38,810 nucleotides of DNA from the sequence record NC_027387.1; one strand, given 5' to 3'. This DNA comes from Escherichia phage CICC 80001. The translations under genes were made by a program, and so were the position numbers. Positions 18,685 to 28,456 of the stretch are shown here, one piece after another. Position 1 is the stretch's first letter. Each line of letters opens with the position of its first letter. The notes beneath the pieces were generated by a model. The model saw nothing but the letters and a program-made list of their open reading frames with translations. It was not told the origin of the DNA and searched no databases.

Positions 18685-20841
18685 ATGATCGTTTCTGACA
18701 TCGAAGCTAACGCCCTCTTAGAGAGCGTCACTAAGTTCCACTGCGGGGTTATCTACGACTACTCCACCGCTGAGTACGTAAGCTACCGTCCGAGTGACTT
18801 CGGTGCGTATCTGGATGCGCTGGAAGCCGAGGTTGCACGAGGCGGTCTTATTGTGTTCCACAACGGTCACAAGTATGACGTTCCCGCATTGACCAAACTG
18901 GCTAAGTTACAGCTTAACCGTGAGTTCCATCTACCCCGCGAGAATTGTATCGACACCCTTGTGTTGTCACGTTTGATTCACTCCAACCTGAAAGACACCG
19001 ATATGGGTCTGCTGCGTTCCGGTAAGTTGCCCGGTAAACGCTTTGGGTCTCACGCTTTGGAGGCGTGGGGTTATCGCTTAGGCGAAATGAAAGGTGAATA
19101 CAAGGATGACTTTAAGCGTATGCTTGAAGAGCAGGGTGAAGAATACGTTGATGGAATGGAGTGGTGGAACTTCAACGAAGAGATGATGGACTATAACGTT
19201 CAGGATGTTGTGGTCACTAAGGCTCTCCTTGAGAAGCTACTCTCTGATAAACATTACTTCCCTCCTGAGATTGACTTTACGGACGTAGGATACACTACGT
19301 TCTGGTCAGAATCCCTTGAGGCCGTTGACGTTGAACATCGCGCTGCATGGCTACTCGCTAAGCAAGAGCGCAATGGATTCCCGTTTGACACGAAAGCAAT
19401 CGAAGAGTTGTACGTAGAGTTAGCTGCTCGCCGCTCTGAGTTGCTCCGTAAACTTACCGAAACGTTCGGCTCATGGTATCAACCTAAGGGTGGCACCGAA
19501 ATGTTCTGCCATCCGAGGACTGGTAAGCCATTGCCTAAATACCCTCGCATTAAGACACCTAAAGTTGGTGGCATATTTAAGAAGCCTAAGAACAAGGCAC
19601 AGCGAGAAGGCCGTGAGCCTTGCGAACTTGACACCCGCGAGTACGTTGCTGGTGCCACATATACTCCGGTAGAGCACGTAGTGTTTAACCCTTCTTCCCG
19701 TGACCACATTCAGAAGAAACTTCAAGAGGCTGGATGGGTCCCGACTAAGTACACCGATAAAGGTGCACCTGTGGTGGACGATGAGGTCCTAGAGGTAGTA
19801 AAAGTAGATGACCCTGAGAAGCAAGCCGCTATCGACCTTATTAAAGAATACTTGATGATTCAGAAGAGAATCGGACAGTCTGCTGAGGGAGACAAGGCAT
19901 GGCTTCGTTACGTTGCTGAGGATGGTAAAATTCATGGTTCTGTTAACCCCAATGGTGCTGTTACTGGGCGCGCTACTCACGCTTTCCCTAACCTCGCACA
20001 GATACCCGGTGTCCGCTCTCCTTATGGTGATCGGTGCCGCGCTGCTTTTGGCGCTGAACATCACCTAGATGGACTCACAGGTAAGCCTTGGGTTCAGGCT
20101 GGTATAGACGCCTCAGGTCTGGAGTTGCGCTGCTTGGCACACTTCATGGCTCGCTTTGACAACGGTGAGTATGCTCACGAGATTCTCAATGGTGACATTC
20201 ACTGGAAGAATGCAATTGCTACTGACTTAGCACCAAACGTTGCCCGTGATAAACACAATAAGGAACACGACCTAATGCGAGATAACGCCAAGACGTTTAT
20301 CTATGGGTTCCTCTATGGTGCTGGAGATGAGAAGACTGGGCAGATTGTCGGTGCTGGTAAAGAGCGCGGTAAGGAACTCAAGAAGAAATTCCTTGAGAAC
20401 ACCCCTGCGATTGCGGCACTCCGAGAGTCTATCCAACAGACACTTGTTGAGTCCTCTCAGTGGGTAGCTGGTGAACAGCAAGTCAAGTGGAAACGTCGCT
20501 GGATTAAAGGTCTGGATGGTCGTAAGGTACACGTCCGTAGTCCTCACGCTGCCCTGAATACCCTACTGCAATCCGCTGGTGCGCTTATCTGCAAACTGTG
20601 GATTATCAAGACCGAAGAGATGCTCGTAGAGAAAGGCTTGAAGCATGGCTGGGATGGGGACTTTGCGTACATGGCTTGGGTACACGATGAAATCCAAGTC
20701 GGTTGCCGTACCGAAGAGATTGCTCAGTTGGTCATTGAGACCGCACAAGAAGCAATGCGCTGGGTTGGAGACCACTGGAACTTCCGGTGTCTTCTGGATA
20801 CCGAAGGTAAGATGGGTCCTAACTGGGCAGTATGTCACTAA
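18685..20841 (+). CDS. 5: gp5 DNA polymerase (family A, with 3'-5' exonuclease domain)
   Basis: 718 aa, near-identical to T7 gp5 except a roughly 14-aa insertion encoded around 20224..20280. Confidence 0.97.
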
Positions 20842-20860
20842 TTCTATAGGAGAAATTATT

Positions 20861-21160
20861 ATGGCTATGACAAAGAAATTTAAAGTGTCCTTCGACGTTA
20901 CCGCTAAGATGGTATCTGACGTTCAGGTAATCTTAGAGAAAGATATGCTGCACTTATGTAAGCAGGTTGGCTCCGGTGCGATTGTCCCCAATGGTAAACA
21001 GAAGGAAATGATTGTCCAGTTCCTGACACATGGCATGGAAGGCTTGATGACGTTCGTGGTACGTACAGCATTCCGTGAGGCAATCAAGGACATGCACGAA
21101 GAGTATGCCGATAAGGACTCCTTCAAACTCTCTCCTGCAACAGTACGGGAGGTGTTCTGA
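20861..21160 (+). CDS. 5.5: gp5.5 H-NS-binding protein
   Basis: 99 aa MAMTKKFKVSFDVTAKMVSDVQVILEKDMLHLCKQ..., near-identical to T7 gp5.5. Confidence 0.93.
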   Translation: MAMTKKFKVSFDVTAKMVSDVQVILEKDMLHLCKQVGSGAIVPNGKQKEMIVQFLTHGMEGLMTFVVRTAFREAIKDMHEEYADKDSFKLSPATVREVF

Positions 21161-21369
21161 TGTCTGACTATCTGAAAGTATTGCAAGCAATCAAAAGTTG
21201 CCCTAAGACTTTCCAGTCCAACTATGTACGGAACAACGCGAGCCTCGTAGCGGAGGCCGCTTCCCGTGGTCACATATCTTGCCTGACCACTAGTGGACGC
21301 AACGGTGGCGCTTGGGAAATTACAGCTTCCGGTACTCGCTTTCTGAAACGAATGGGAGGGTGTGTCTGA
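21160..21369 (+). CDS. 5.7: gp5.7 homologue
   Basis: 69 aa MSDYLKVLQAIKSCPKTFQSNYVRNNASLVAEAASRGH..., matches T7 gp5.7. Confidence 0.93.
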   Translation: MSDYLKVLQAIKSCPKTFQSNYVRNNASLVAEAASRGHISCLTTSGRNGGAWEITASGTRFLKRMGGCV

Positions 21370-21527
21370 TGGTTCGTGACACTGTAACAATTCCTCGTGA
21401 TGCGTGGAACGATATGCAGGGCTACATCGACTCTCTGGAACGTGAGAACGATAGCCTTAAGAACCAACTTATGGAAGCTGACGAGTACGTGGCTGAACTA
21501 GAGGAGAAACTTAATGGCACTTCTTGA
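21369..21527 (+). CDS. 5.9: gp5.9 RecBCD inhibitor homologue
   Basis: 52 aa MVRDTVTIPRDAWNDMQGYIDSLERENDSLKNQLMEADEYVAELEEKLNGTS, matches T7 gp5.9. Confidence 0.85.
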   Translation: MVRDTVTIPRDAWNDMQGYIDSLERENDSLKNQLMEADEYVAELEEKLNGTS

Positions 21528-22416
21528 CCTTAAACAATTCTATGAGTTACGTGAAGGCTGTGACGACAAAGGTATCCTTGTGATGGACGGTGACTGGCTG
21601 GTCTTCCAAGCTATGAGTGCTGCTGAGTTTGATGCCTCATGGGAGGAAGAGATTTGGCACCGCTGCTGTGACCACGCTAAGGCCCGTCAGATTCTTGAGG
21701 ATTCCATCAAGTCCTATGAGACCCGTAAGAAGGCTTGGGTAGGTGCTCCGATTGTCCTTGCGTTCACAGATAGTGTCAACTGGCGCAAAGAACTGGTGGA
21801 CCCTAACTATAAGGCTAACCGTAAGGCGTCGAAGAAACCTGTAGGTTACTTTGAGTTCCTTGAGGCTCTCTTTGAGCGCGAAGAGTTCTACTGCATTCGC
21901 GAGCCGATGCTTGAGGGTGATGACGTTATGGGATTGATTGCTTCCAATCCGTCTGCCTTCGGTGCCCGTAAAGCTGTAATCATCTCGTGCGATAAGGACT
22001 TTAAGACCATCCCTAATTGCGACTTCCTGTGGTGTACCACTGGTAACATCCTGACTCAGACCGAAGAGTCCGCTGACTGGTGGCACCTCTTCCAGACCAT
22101 CAAAGGTGACATTACCGATGGTTACTCTGGGATTGCCGGATGGGGCGATACTGCCGAGGACTTCTTGAATAACCCGTTCATTACCGAGCCTAAAACGTCT
22201 GTACTTAAGTCTGGGAAGAACAAAGGCCAAGAGGTAACTAAGTGGATTAAACGTGACCCTGAGCCGCATGAGACGCTCTGGGACTGCATTAAGTCCATCG
22301 GTGCAAAGGCAGGTATGACCGAAGAGGATGTTATCAAGCAGGCACAGATGGCTCGCATCCTGCGGTTCAATGAGTACAACTTTATTGACAAGGAGATTTA
22401 CCTGTGGAGACCGTAG
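21514..22416 (+). CDS. 6: gp6 5'-3' exonuclease
   Basis: 300 aa MALLDLKQFYELREGCDDKGILVMDGDWLVFQAM..., near-identical to T7 gp6. Confidence 0.97.
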   Translation: MALLDLKQFYELREGCDDKGILVMDGDWLVFQAMSAAEFDASWEEEIWHRCCDHAKARQILEDSIKSYETRKKAWVGAPIVLAFTDSVNWRKELVDPNYKANRKASKKPVGYFEFLEALFEREEFYCIREPMLEGDDVMGLIASNPSAFGARKAVIISCDKDFKTIPNCDFLWCTTGNILTQTEESADWWHLFQTIKGDITDGYSGIAGWGDTAEDFLNNPFITEPKTSVLKSGKNKGQEVTKWIKRDPEPHETLWDCIKSIGAKAGMTEEDVIKQAQMARILRFNEYNFIDKEIYLWRP

Positions 22417-22517
22417 CATATATTAGTATTGGTCTTTGTGTCCTCGGAATGTGCCTCATTACGTGGGGCCTTTGGGACTTAGCCAGGATAATCAAGGCGT
22501 TACAAGACTCTAAGTGA
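22404..22517 (+). CDS. 6.3: gp6.3 small hydrophobic protein
   Basis: GTG start 8 nt after AAGGAG; 37 aa ...AYISIGLCVLGMCLITWGLWDLARIIKALQDSK, matches T7 gp6.3. Confidence 0.6.
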   Translation: METVAYISIGLCVLGMCLITWGLWDLARIIKALQDSK

Positions 22518-22537
22518 TAAACTCAAGGTCCCTAAAT

Positions 22538-22560
22538 TAATACGACTCACTATAGGGAGA
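22538..22560 (+). promoter_or_regulatory. T7-type promoter phi6.5, embedded in an RNase III hairpin
   Basis: TAATACGACTCACTATAGGGAGA flanked by ACTCAAGGTCCC...GGGGCCTTTATGATTATTAC. Confidence 0.9.
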
Positions 22561-22614
22561 TAGGGGCCTTTATGATTATTACTTTAAGATTTAACTCTAA
22601 GAGGAATCTTTATC

Positions 22615-22869
22615 ATGTTAACACCTATTAACCAATTACTTAAGAACCCTAACGATATTCCAGACGTGCCTCGTGCAACTGCTGAGTATCTACAGGTTCG
22701 ATTCAACTATGCGTACCTCGAAGCGTCTGGTCATATAGGACTTATGCGTGCTAATGGTTGCAGTGAGGCCCACATCTTGGGTTTCATTCAGGGCCTCCAG
22801 TATGCCTCTAACGTCATTGACGAGATTGAGTTACGCAAGGAACAACTGAGAGATGATGGGGAGGATTGA
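22615..22869 (+). CDS. 6.5: gp6.5 homologue
   Basis: 84 aa [40 protein letters not shown]..., matches T7 gp6.5. Confidence 0.93.
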
Positions 22870-22873
22870 CACT

Positions 22874-23140
22874 ATGTGTTTCTCACCGAAAATTAAAACT
22901 CCGAAGATGGATACCAATCAGATTCGAGCCATTGAGCCAGCGCCTCTGACCCAAGAAGTGTCAAGCGTGGAGTTCGGTGGGTCTTCTGATGAGACGGATA
23001 CCGAAGGAACCAAAACGTCGGGACGCAAAGACCTCAAGGTCGAGCGTGATGATTCCGTAGCGAAGTATAAAGCCAGCGATACTGGTTCCGCTCGTATGAA
23101 ATCTTCAATCCGTAAGTCCGCATTCGGAGGTAAGAAGTAA
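22874..23140 (+). CDS. 6.7: gp6.7 virion protein
   Basis: 88 aa MCFSPKIKTPKMDTNQIRAIEPAPLTQEVSSVEFGG..., matches T7 gp6.7. Confidence 0.9.
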   Translation: MCFSPKIKTPKMDTNQIRAIEPAPLTQEVSSVEFGGSSDETDTEGTKTSGRKDLKVERDDSVAKYKASDTGSARMKSSIRKSAFGGKK

Positions 23141-23541
23141 TGTCTGAGTTCACATGTGTGGAGGCCAAGAGTCGCTTCCGTGCAACCCGGTGGACTGTGG
23201 AACACCTTGGGTTGCCTAAAGGATTCGAAGGACACTTTGTGGGCTACAGCCTCTACGTGGACGAAGTAATGGACATGTCTGGTTGCCGTGAAGAGTACAT
23301 TCTGGACTCTACCGGAAAACATGTAGCGTACTTCGCGTGGTGCGTAAGCTGTGATATTCACCACAAAGGAGACATTCTGGACGTAACGTCAGTTGTCATT
23401 AATCCTGAGGCAGACTCTAAGGGCTTACAGCGATTCCTAGCGAAACGCTTTAAGTACCTTGCAGAACTCCACGATTGCGATTGGGTGTCTCGTTGTAAGC
23501 ACGAAGGCGAGACAATGCGTGTATACTTTAAGGAGGTATAA
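23140..23541 (+). CDS. 7: gp7 homologue
   Basis: 133 aa MSEFTCVEAKSRFRATRWTVEHLGLPKGFEGHFVGYSLYVDEV..., matches T7 gp7. Confidence 0.93.
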   Translation: MSEFTCVEAKSRFRATRWTVEHLGLPKGFEGHFVGYSLYVDEVMDMSGCREEYILDSTGKHVAYFAWCVSCDIHHKGDILDVTSVVINPEADSKGLQRFLAKRFKYLAELHDCDWVSRCKHEGETMRVYFKEV

Positions 23542-23544
23542 GTT

Positions 23545-23844
23545 ATGGGTAAGAAAATTAAGAAGGCCGTGAAGAAAGTCACTAAGTCCGTTAAGAAAGT
23601 CGTTAAGGAAGTGGCCCGTCCGGTTAAACAGGTTGCAGGTGGTCTGACTGGTGGTGCTGGTGAAGCACAGGTCGTGGAAGTACCACAAGCTGCCACTCCT
23701 GCTGCACAGATTGTTGACGTGCCTGAGAAAGAGGTTTCCACTGAGGACGAAGCTCAGACCGAAAGCGGACGTAAGAAAGCTCGTGCTGGCGGTAAGAAGT
23801 CCTTGAGTGTAGCCCGTAGCTCCGGTGGCGGCATCAACATTTAA
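23545..23844 (+). CDS. 7.3: gp7.3 tail-associated adsorption protein
   Basis: 99 aa MGKKIKKAVKKVTKSVKKVVKE..., matches T7 gp7.3. Confidence 0.93.
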   Translation: MGKKIKKAVKKVTKSVKKVVKEVARPVKQVAGGLTGGAGEAQVVEVPQAATPAAQIVDVPEKEVSTEDEAQTESGRKKARAGGKKSLSVARSSGGGINI

Positions 23845-23858
23845 ACAGGAGGTGACAC

Positions 23859-25469
23859 ATGGCTGAGAAGCGTACAGGTCTAGCCGAGGAAGGCGCAAAG
23901 TCCGTTTATGACCGATTGAAGAACGACCGCGCCCCTTATGAGACTCGTGCTCAAAACTGTGCTCAGTACACCATTCCGTCCCTCTTCCCTAAGGATTCCG
24001 ATAACTCATCCACAGACTACACGACTCCGTGGCAAGCCGTGGGTGCTCGCGGTCTCAATAACTTAGCCTCTAAGCTCATGTTGGCTCTCTTCCCGATGCA
24101 AACGTGGATGAAGTTAACCATCTCTGAGTATGAGGCAAAACAGTTACTGAACGACCCCGATGGACTCGCGAAGGTCGATGAGGGCCTCTCGATGGTAGAG
24201 CGTATCATCATGAACTACATTGAGTCGAACAGCTACCGAGTGACTCTCTTTGAGGCTCTCAAGCAGCTAGTCGTAGCTGGTAACGTGTTGTTGTACCTGC
24301 CGGAACCAGAAGGGTCAAACTACAATCCCATGAAGCTGTACCGATTGTCTTCTTATGTGGTCCAACGAGACGCATTCGGCAACGTTCTGCAAATGGTGAC
24401 TCGTGACCAGATAGCTTTTGGTGCTCTCCCTGAGGACATCCGCAAGGCTGTAGAAGGTCAAGGCGGCGAGAAGAAAGCCGATGAGACCATCGACGTGTAC
24501 ACTCACATCTATCTGGACGAGGACACAGGCGAATACCTCCGATACGAAGAGGTCGAGGGTATGGAGGTACAAGGCTCCGATGGGTCTTACCCTAAAGAGG
24601 CTTGCCCGTACATCCCGATTCGGATGGTTCGACTGGACGGCGAATCCTATGGTCGTTCGTACATTGAGGAATACTTAGGTGACTTACGGTCCCTTGAGAA
24701 TCTCCAAGAGGCTATCGTTAAGATGTCAATGATTAGCTCTAAGGTTATCGGCTTAGTGAATCCTGCTGGTATCACCCAGCCACGCCGACTGACCAAAGCT
24801 CAGACTGGTGACTTCGTTACTGGTCGTCCAGAAGACATCTCGTTCCTCCAACTGGAGAAGCAAGCAGACTTTACCGTAGCCAAGGCCGTCAGTGACGCTA
24901 TTGAGGCTCGCCTTTCGTTTGCCTTTATGTTGAACTCTGCGGTTCAGCGCACAGGTGAACGTGTGACCGCCGAAGAGATTCGGTACGTAGCTTCTGAACT
25001 TGAAGATACTTTAGGTGGTGTCTACTCCATCCTTTCTCAAGAATTGCAATTGCCTCTGGTACGAGTGCTCTTGAAGCAACTACAAGCCACGCAACAGATT
25101 CCTGAGTTACCTAAGGAAGCCGTAGAGCCAACCATTAGTACAGGCTTGGAAGCAATTGGTCGAGGACAAGACCTTGATAAGCTGGAGCGTTGCGTAACTG
25201 CATGGGCTGCACTGGCTCCTATGCGCGATGACCCTGACATCAACCTTGCGATGATTAAGTTGCGCATTGCGAACGCTATCGGTATTGACACTTCTGGTAT
25301 ACTTCTTACCGAAGAACAGAAGCAACAGAAGATGGCTCAACAGGCTATGCAAATGGGTATGGATAATGGTGCTGCTGCGCTTGGTCAAGGTATGGCTGCA
25401 CAGGCTACAGCTTCGCCTGAGGCTATAGCTGCTGCCGCTGATTCCGTAGGTTTACAGCCGGGCATTTAA
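23859..25469 (+). CDS. 8: gp8 portal (head-tail connector) protein
   Basis: 536 aa, near-identical to T7 gp8. Confidence 0.97.
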   Translation: MAEKRTGLAEEGAKSVYDRLKNDRAPYETRAQNCAQYTIPSLFPKDSDNSSTDYTTPWQAVGARGLNNLASKLMLALFPMQTWMKLTISEYEAKQLLNDPDGLAKVDEGLSMVERIIMNYIESNSYRVTLFEALKQLVVAGNVLLYLPEPEGSNYNPMKLYRLSSYVVQRDAFGNVLQMVTRDQIAFGALPEDIRKAVEGQGGEKKADETIDVYTHIYLDEDTGEYLRYEEVEGMEVQGSDGSYPKEACPYIPIRMVRLDGESYGRSYIEEYLGDLRSLENLQEAIVKMSMISSKVIGLVNPAGITQPRRLTKAQTGDFVTGRPEDISFLQLEKQADFTVAKAVSDAIEARLSFAFMLNSAVQRTGERVTAEEIRYVASELEDTLGGVYSILSQELQLPLVRVLLKQLQATQQIPELPKEAVEPTISTGLEAIGRGQDLDKLERCVTAWAALAPMRDDPDINLAMIKLRIANAIGIDTSGILLTEEQKQQKMAQQAMQMGMDNGAAALGQGMAAQATASPEAIAAAADSVGLQPGI

Positions 25470-25489
25470 TACGACTCACTATAGGGAGA
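25467..25489 (+). promoter_or_regulatory. T7-type promoter phi9
   Basis: TAATACGACTCACTATAGGGAGA. Confidence 0.9.
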
Positions 25490-25568
25490 CCTCATCTTTG
25501 AAATGAGCGATGACAAGAGGTTGGAGTCCTCGGCCTTCCTATAGTTCAACTTTAAGGAGACAATAATA

Positions 25569-26492
25569 ATGGCTGAATCTAATGCAGACGTATATGCATC
25601 TTTTGGCGTGAACTCCGCTGTGATGTCTGGTGGTTCCGTTGAGGAACATGAGCAGAATATGCTGGCTCTTGATGTTGCTGCCCGTGATGGCGATGATGCA
25701 ATCGAGTTAGCGTCCGACGAAGCGGAAACTGAACGTGACCTGTATGACAACTCTGACCCATTCGGTCAAGAGGACGATGAGGGGCGCATTCAGGTTCGCA
25801 TTGGCGATGGCACTGAGCCGACCGATGTGGACGCTGGAGAAGAAGACTTTGAGGGCACCGAGGGTTCCGAAGAGTTTACCCCACTGGGTGAGACTCCAGA
25901 AGAACTGGTAGCTGCCTCTGAGCAACTTGGCGAGCACGAAGAAGGCTTCCAAGAGATGATTAACATTGCTGCCGAGCGTGGCATGAGTGTTGAGACCATT
26001 GAGGCTATCCAGCGTGAGTACGAGGAGAACGAAGAGTTGTCCGCTGAGTCCTACGCTAAGCTGGCTGAAATTGGCTACACGAAGGCTTTTATCGACTCAT
26101 ACATTCGCGGTCAAGAAGCTCTGGTGGAGCAGTACGTAAACAGTGTTATTGAGTACGCTGGTGGTCGTGAACGTTTTGACGCATTGTACAATCACCTTGA
26201 GACGCACAACCCTGAGGCTGCACAGTCGCTGGACAGTGCGTTGACCAATCGTGACTTAGCGACCGTTAAGGCTATCATCAACTTGGCTGGTGAGTCTCGC
26301 GCTAAGGCGTTTGGTCGTAAGCCAACTCGTAGTGTGACTAGTCGCGCTATTCCGGCTAAACCTCAGGCTACCAAGCGTGAAGGCTTTGCGGACCGTAGCG
26401 AGATGATTAAAGCTATGAGCGACCCTCGGTATCGTACAGATGCCAACTACCGTCGTCAAGTCGAACAGAAAGTAATAGATTCAAACTTCTGA
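25569..26492 (+). CDS. 9: gp9 capsid scaffolding protein
   Basis: 307 aa, acidic, near-identical to T7 gp9. Confidence 0.97.
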   Translation: MAESNADVYASFGVNSAVMSGGSVEEHEQNMLALDVAARDGDDAIELASDEAETERDLYDNSDPFGQEDDEGRIQVRIGDGTEPTDVDAGEEDFEGTEGSEEFTPLGETPEELVAASEQLGEHEEGFQEMINIAAERGMSVETIEAIQREYEENEELSAESYAKLAEIGYTKAFIDSYIRGQEALVEQYVNSVIEYAGGRERFDALYNHLETHNPEAAQSLDSALTNRDLATVKAIINLAGESRAKAFGRKPTRSVTSRAIPAKPQATKREGFADRSEMIKAMSDPRYRTDANYRRQVEQKVIDSNF

Positions 26493-26504
26493 TAGACGCT
26501 AAAT

Positions 26505-26527
26505 TAATACGACTCACTATAGGGAGA
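26505..26527 (+). promoter_or_regulatory. T7-type promoter phi10 (the classic strong late promoter)
   Basis: TAATACGACTCACTATAGGGAGA followed by GACCACAACGGTTTCCCTCTAG and AAGGAG RBS. Confidence 0.95.
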
Positions 26528-26587
26528 CCACAACGGTTTCCCTCTAGGAATAACTTTGTTTAACTTTCTTAAGAAGGAGACATACAT

Positions 26588-27619
26588 ATGGCTAATATGA
26601 CTGGTGGACAGCAACTGGGTACTAACCAAGGTAAAGGCGCAAGTGGTTCTGATAAACTGGCGTTGTTCTTGAAGGTATTTGGTGGTGAAGTCCTGACCGC
26701 ATTCGCTCGCACCTCTGTGACCACTTCCCGCCACATGGTACGTTCCATCTCCAGTGGTAAATCCGCTCAGTTCCCTGTGCTGGGTCGTACTCAGGCAGCG
26801 TATCTGGCTCCGGGTGAGAACCTCGACGATAAACGTAAAGACATCAAACACACCGAGAAGGTAATCACCATTGATGGTCTCCTGACGGCTGACGTTCTGA
26901 TTTACGACATTGAGGACGCGATGAACCACTATGACGTTCGCTCTGAGTATACCTCCCAGTTGGGTGAATCTCTGGCGATGGCTGCTGATGGTGCGGTTCT
27001 GGCTGAGATTGCTGGCCTGTGTAACTTGGCGAGCACCACTGATGAGAACATTGCAGGTCTAGGAACTGCAACTGTGATTGAGACTACTCAGGCTAAGACT
27101 GCACTTACCGACCAAGTTGCTCTGGGTAAGGAGATTATTGCGGCTCTGACCAAGGCTCGCGCTGCTTTGACCAAGAACTATGTTCCGGCTGCTGACCGTG
27201 TGTTCTACTGTGACCCAGATAGCTACTCTGCGATTCTGGCAGCACTGATGCCGAACGCAGCAAACTACGCTGCTCTGATTGATCCTGAGAAGGGTTCTAT
27301 CCGCAACGTTATGGGCTTTGAGGTTGTAGAGGTCCCTCACCTTACCGCTGGTGGCGCTGGTACTACTCGTGAGGACACTACGGGCCAGAAGCACGCCTTC
27401 CCTACAACTACTAGTGGCAATGACAAGGTTGCTAAGGATAACGTTATCGGCCTGTTCATGCACCGCTCTGCGGTAGGTACTGTTAAGTTGCGTGACTTGG
27501 CTCTGGAGCGCGCTCGCCGTGCTAACTTCCAAGCGGACCAGATTATCGCTAAGTACGCGATGGGCCACGGTGGTCTGCGCCCAGAAGCTGCTGGTGCTGT
27601 AGTTTTCAAGGGGGAGTAA
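26588..27619 (+). CDS. 10A: gp10A major capsid protein
   Basis: 343 aa MANMTGGQQLGTNQGKG..., near-identical to T7 gp10A. Confidence 0.97.
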   Translation: MANMTGGQQLGTNQGKGASGSDKLALFLKVFGGEVLTAFARTSVTTSRHMVRSISSGKSAQFPVLGRTQAAYLAPGENLDDKRKDIKHTEKVITIDGLLTADVLIYDIEDAMNHYDVRSEYTSQLGESLAMAADGAVLAEIAGLCNLASTTDENIAGLGTATVIETTQAKTALTDQVALGKEIIAALTKARAALTKNYVPAADRVFYCDPDSYSAILAALMPNAANYAALIDPEKGSIRNVMGFEVVEVPHLTAGGAGTTREDTTGQKHAFPTTTSGNDKVAKDNVIGLFMHRSAVGTVKLRDLALERARRANFQADQIIAKYAMGHGGLRPEAAGAVVFKGE

Positions 27620-27777
27620 TGCTGGAAGTGGCCTCAACGGTCGCTGCTAGTCCCGAAGAGGTGAGTGTTACTTCAACAGAAGAAACCTTAACGCCAGCAC
27701 AGAAGGCCGCACGCACACGCGCTGCTAACAAAGCCCGAAAGGAAGCTGAGTTGGCTGCTGCCACCGCTGAGCAATAA
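26588..27777 (+). CDS. 10B: gp10B minor capsid protein made by -1 ribosomal frameshift near the end of 10A
   Basis: -1 frame is open from about 27604 to TAA at 27775-27777 and encodes ...ASPEEVSVTSTEETLTPAQKAARTRAANKARKEAELAAATAEQ, matching the T7 10B tail; slip site here reads A-GTT-TTC. Confidence 0.65.
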
Positions 27778-27826
27778 CTAGCATAACCCCTTGGGGCCTC
27801 TAAACGGGTCTTGAGGGGTTTTTTGC
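27778..27826 (+). terminator. Tphi late transcription terminator
   Basis: CTAGCATAACCCCTTGGGGCCTCTAAACGGGTCTTGAGGGGTTTTTTG. Confidence 0.95.
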
Positions 27827-27842
27827 TTAAAGGAGGAACTAT

Positions 27843-28433
27843 ATGCGCTCATACGATATGAACGTTGAGACCGCTGCTGAGTTATCCGCTGTTAACGACA
27901 TTCTGGCATCTATCGGTGAACCTCCGGTATCGACGCTGGAAGGTGACGCTAACGCGGATGTAGCGAACGCTCGGCGCATTCTCAATAAGATTAACCGACA
28001 GATTCAATCTCGTGGATGGACGTTCAACATTGAGGAAGGCATAACACTACTACCTGATGTTTACTCCAACCTGATTGTATACAGCGATGACTATTTATCC
28101 CTAATGGCTACTTCCGGTCAATCCATCTACGTTAACCGAGGTGGCTATGTGTATGACCGAACGAGTCAATCAGACCGCTTTGACTCCGGCATTACCGTGA
28201 ACATTATTCGTCTCCGCGACTACGATGAGATGCCTGAGTGCTTCCGCTACTGGATTGTCACCAAGGCTTCCCGCCAGTTCAACAACCGATTCTTTGGGGC
28301 ACCGGAAGTAGAGGGCGTACTCCAAGAAGAGGAAGATGAGGCTAGACGTCTCTGTATGGAGTACGAAGTGGACTACGGTGGGTACAATATGCTGGATGGC
28401 GATGCGTTCACTTCTGGTCTACTGAATCGCTAA
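27843..28433 (+). CDS. 11: gp11 tail tubular protein A
   Basis: 196 aa, near-identical to T7 gp11. Confidence 0.97.
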   Translation: MRSYDMNVETAAELSAVNDILASIGEPPVSTLEGDANADVANARRILNKINRQIQSRGWTFNIEEGITLLPDVYSNLIVYSDDYLSLMATSGQSIYVNRGGYVYDRTSQSDRFDSGITVNIIRLRDYDEMPECFRYWIVTKASRQFNNRFFGAPEVEGVLQEEEDEARRLCMEYEVDYGGYNMLDGDAFTSGLLNR

Positions 28434-28456
28434 TAGTAATAAATAAGGAGGCTCTA

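Noticed and set aside
21637-22419. 260-aa ORF on the minus strand antisense to gene 6, and similar long antisense ORFs (14198..14728, 6183..6692, 16631..17065, 27059..27637)
   Set aside because: They lie entirely inside well-conserved + strand genes, have no RBS or promoter context, and T7-like phages transcribe only one strand; they are read-through artefacts of codon-biased sequence
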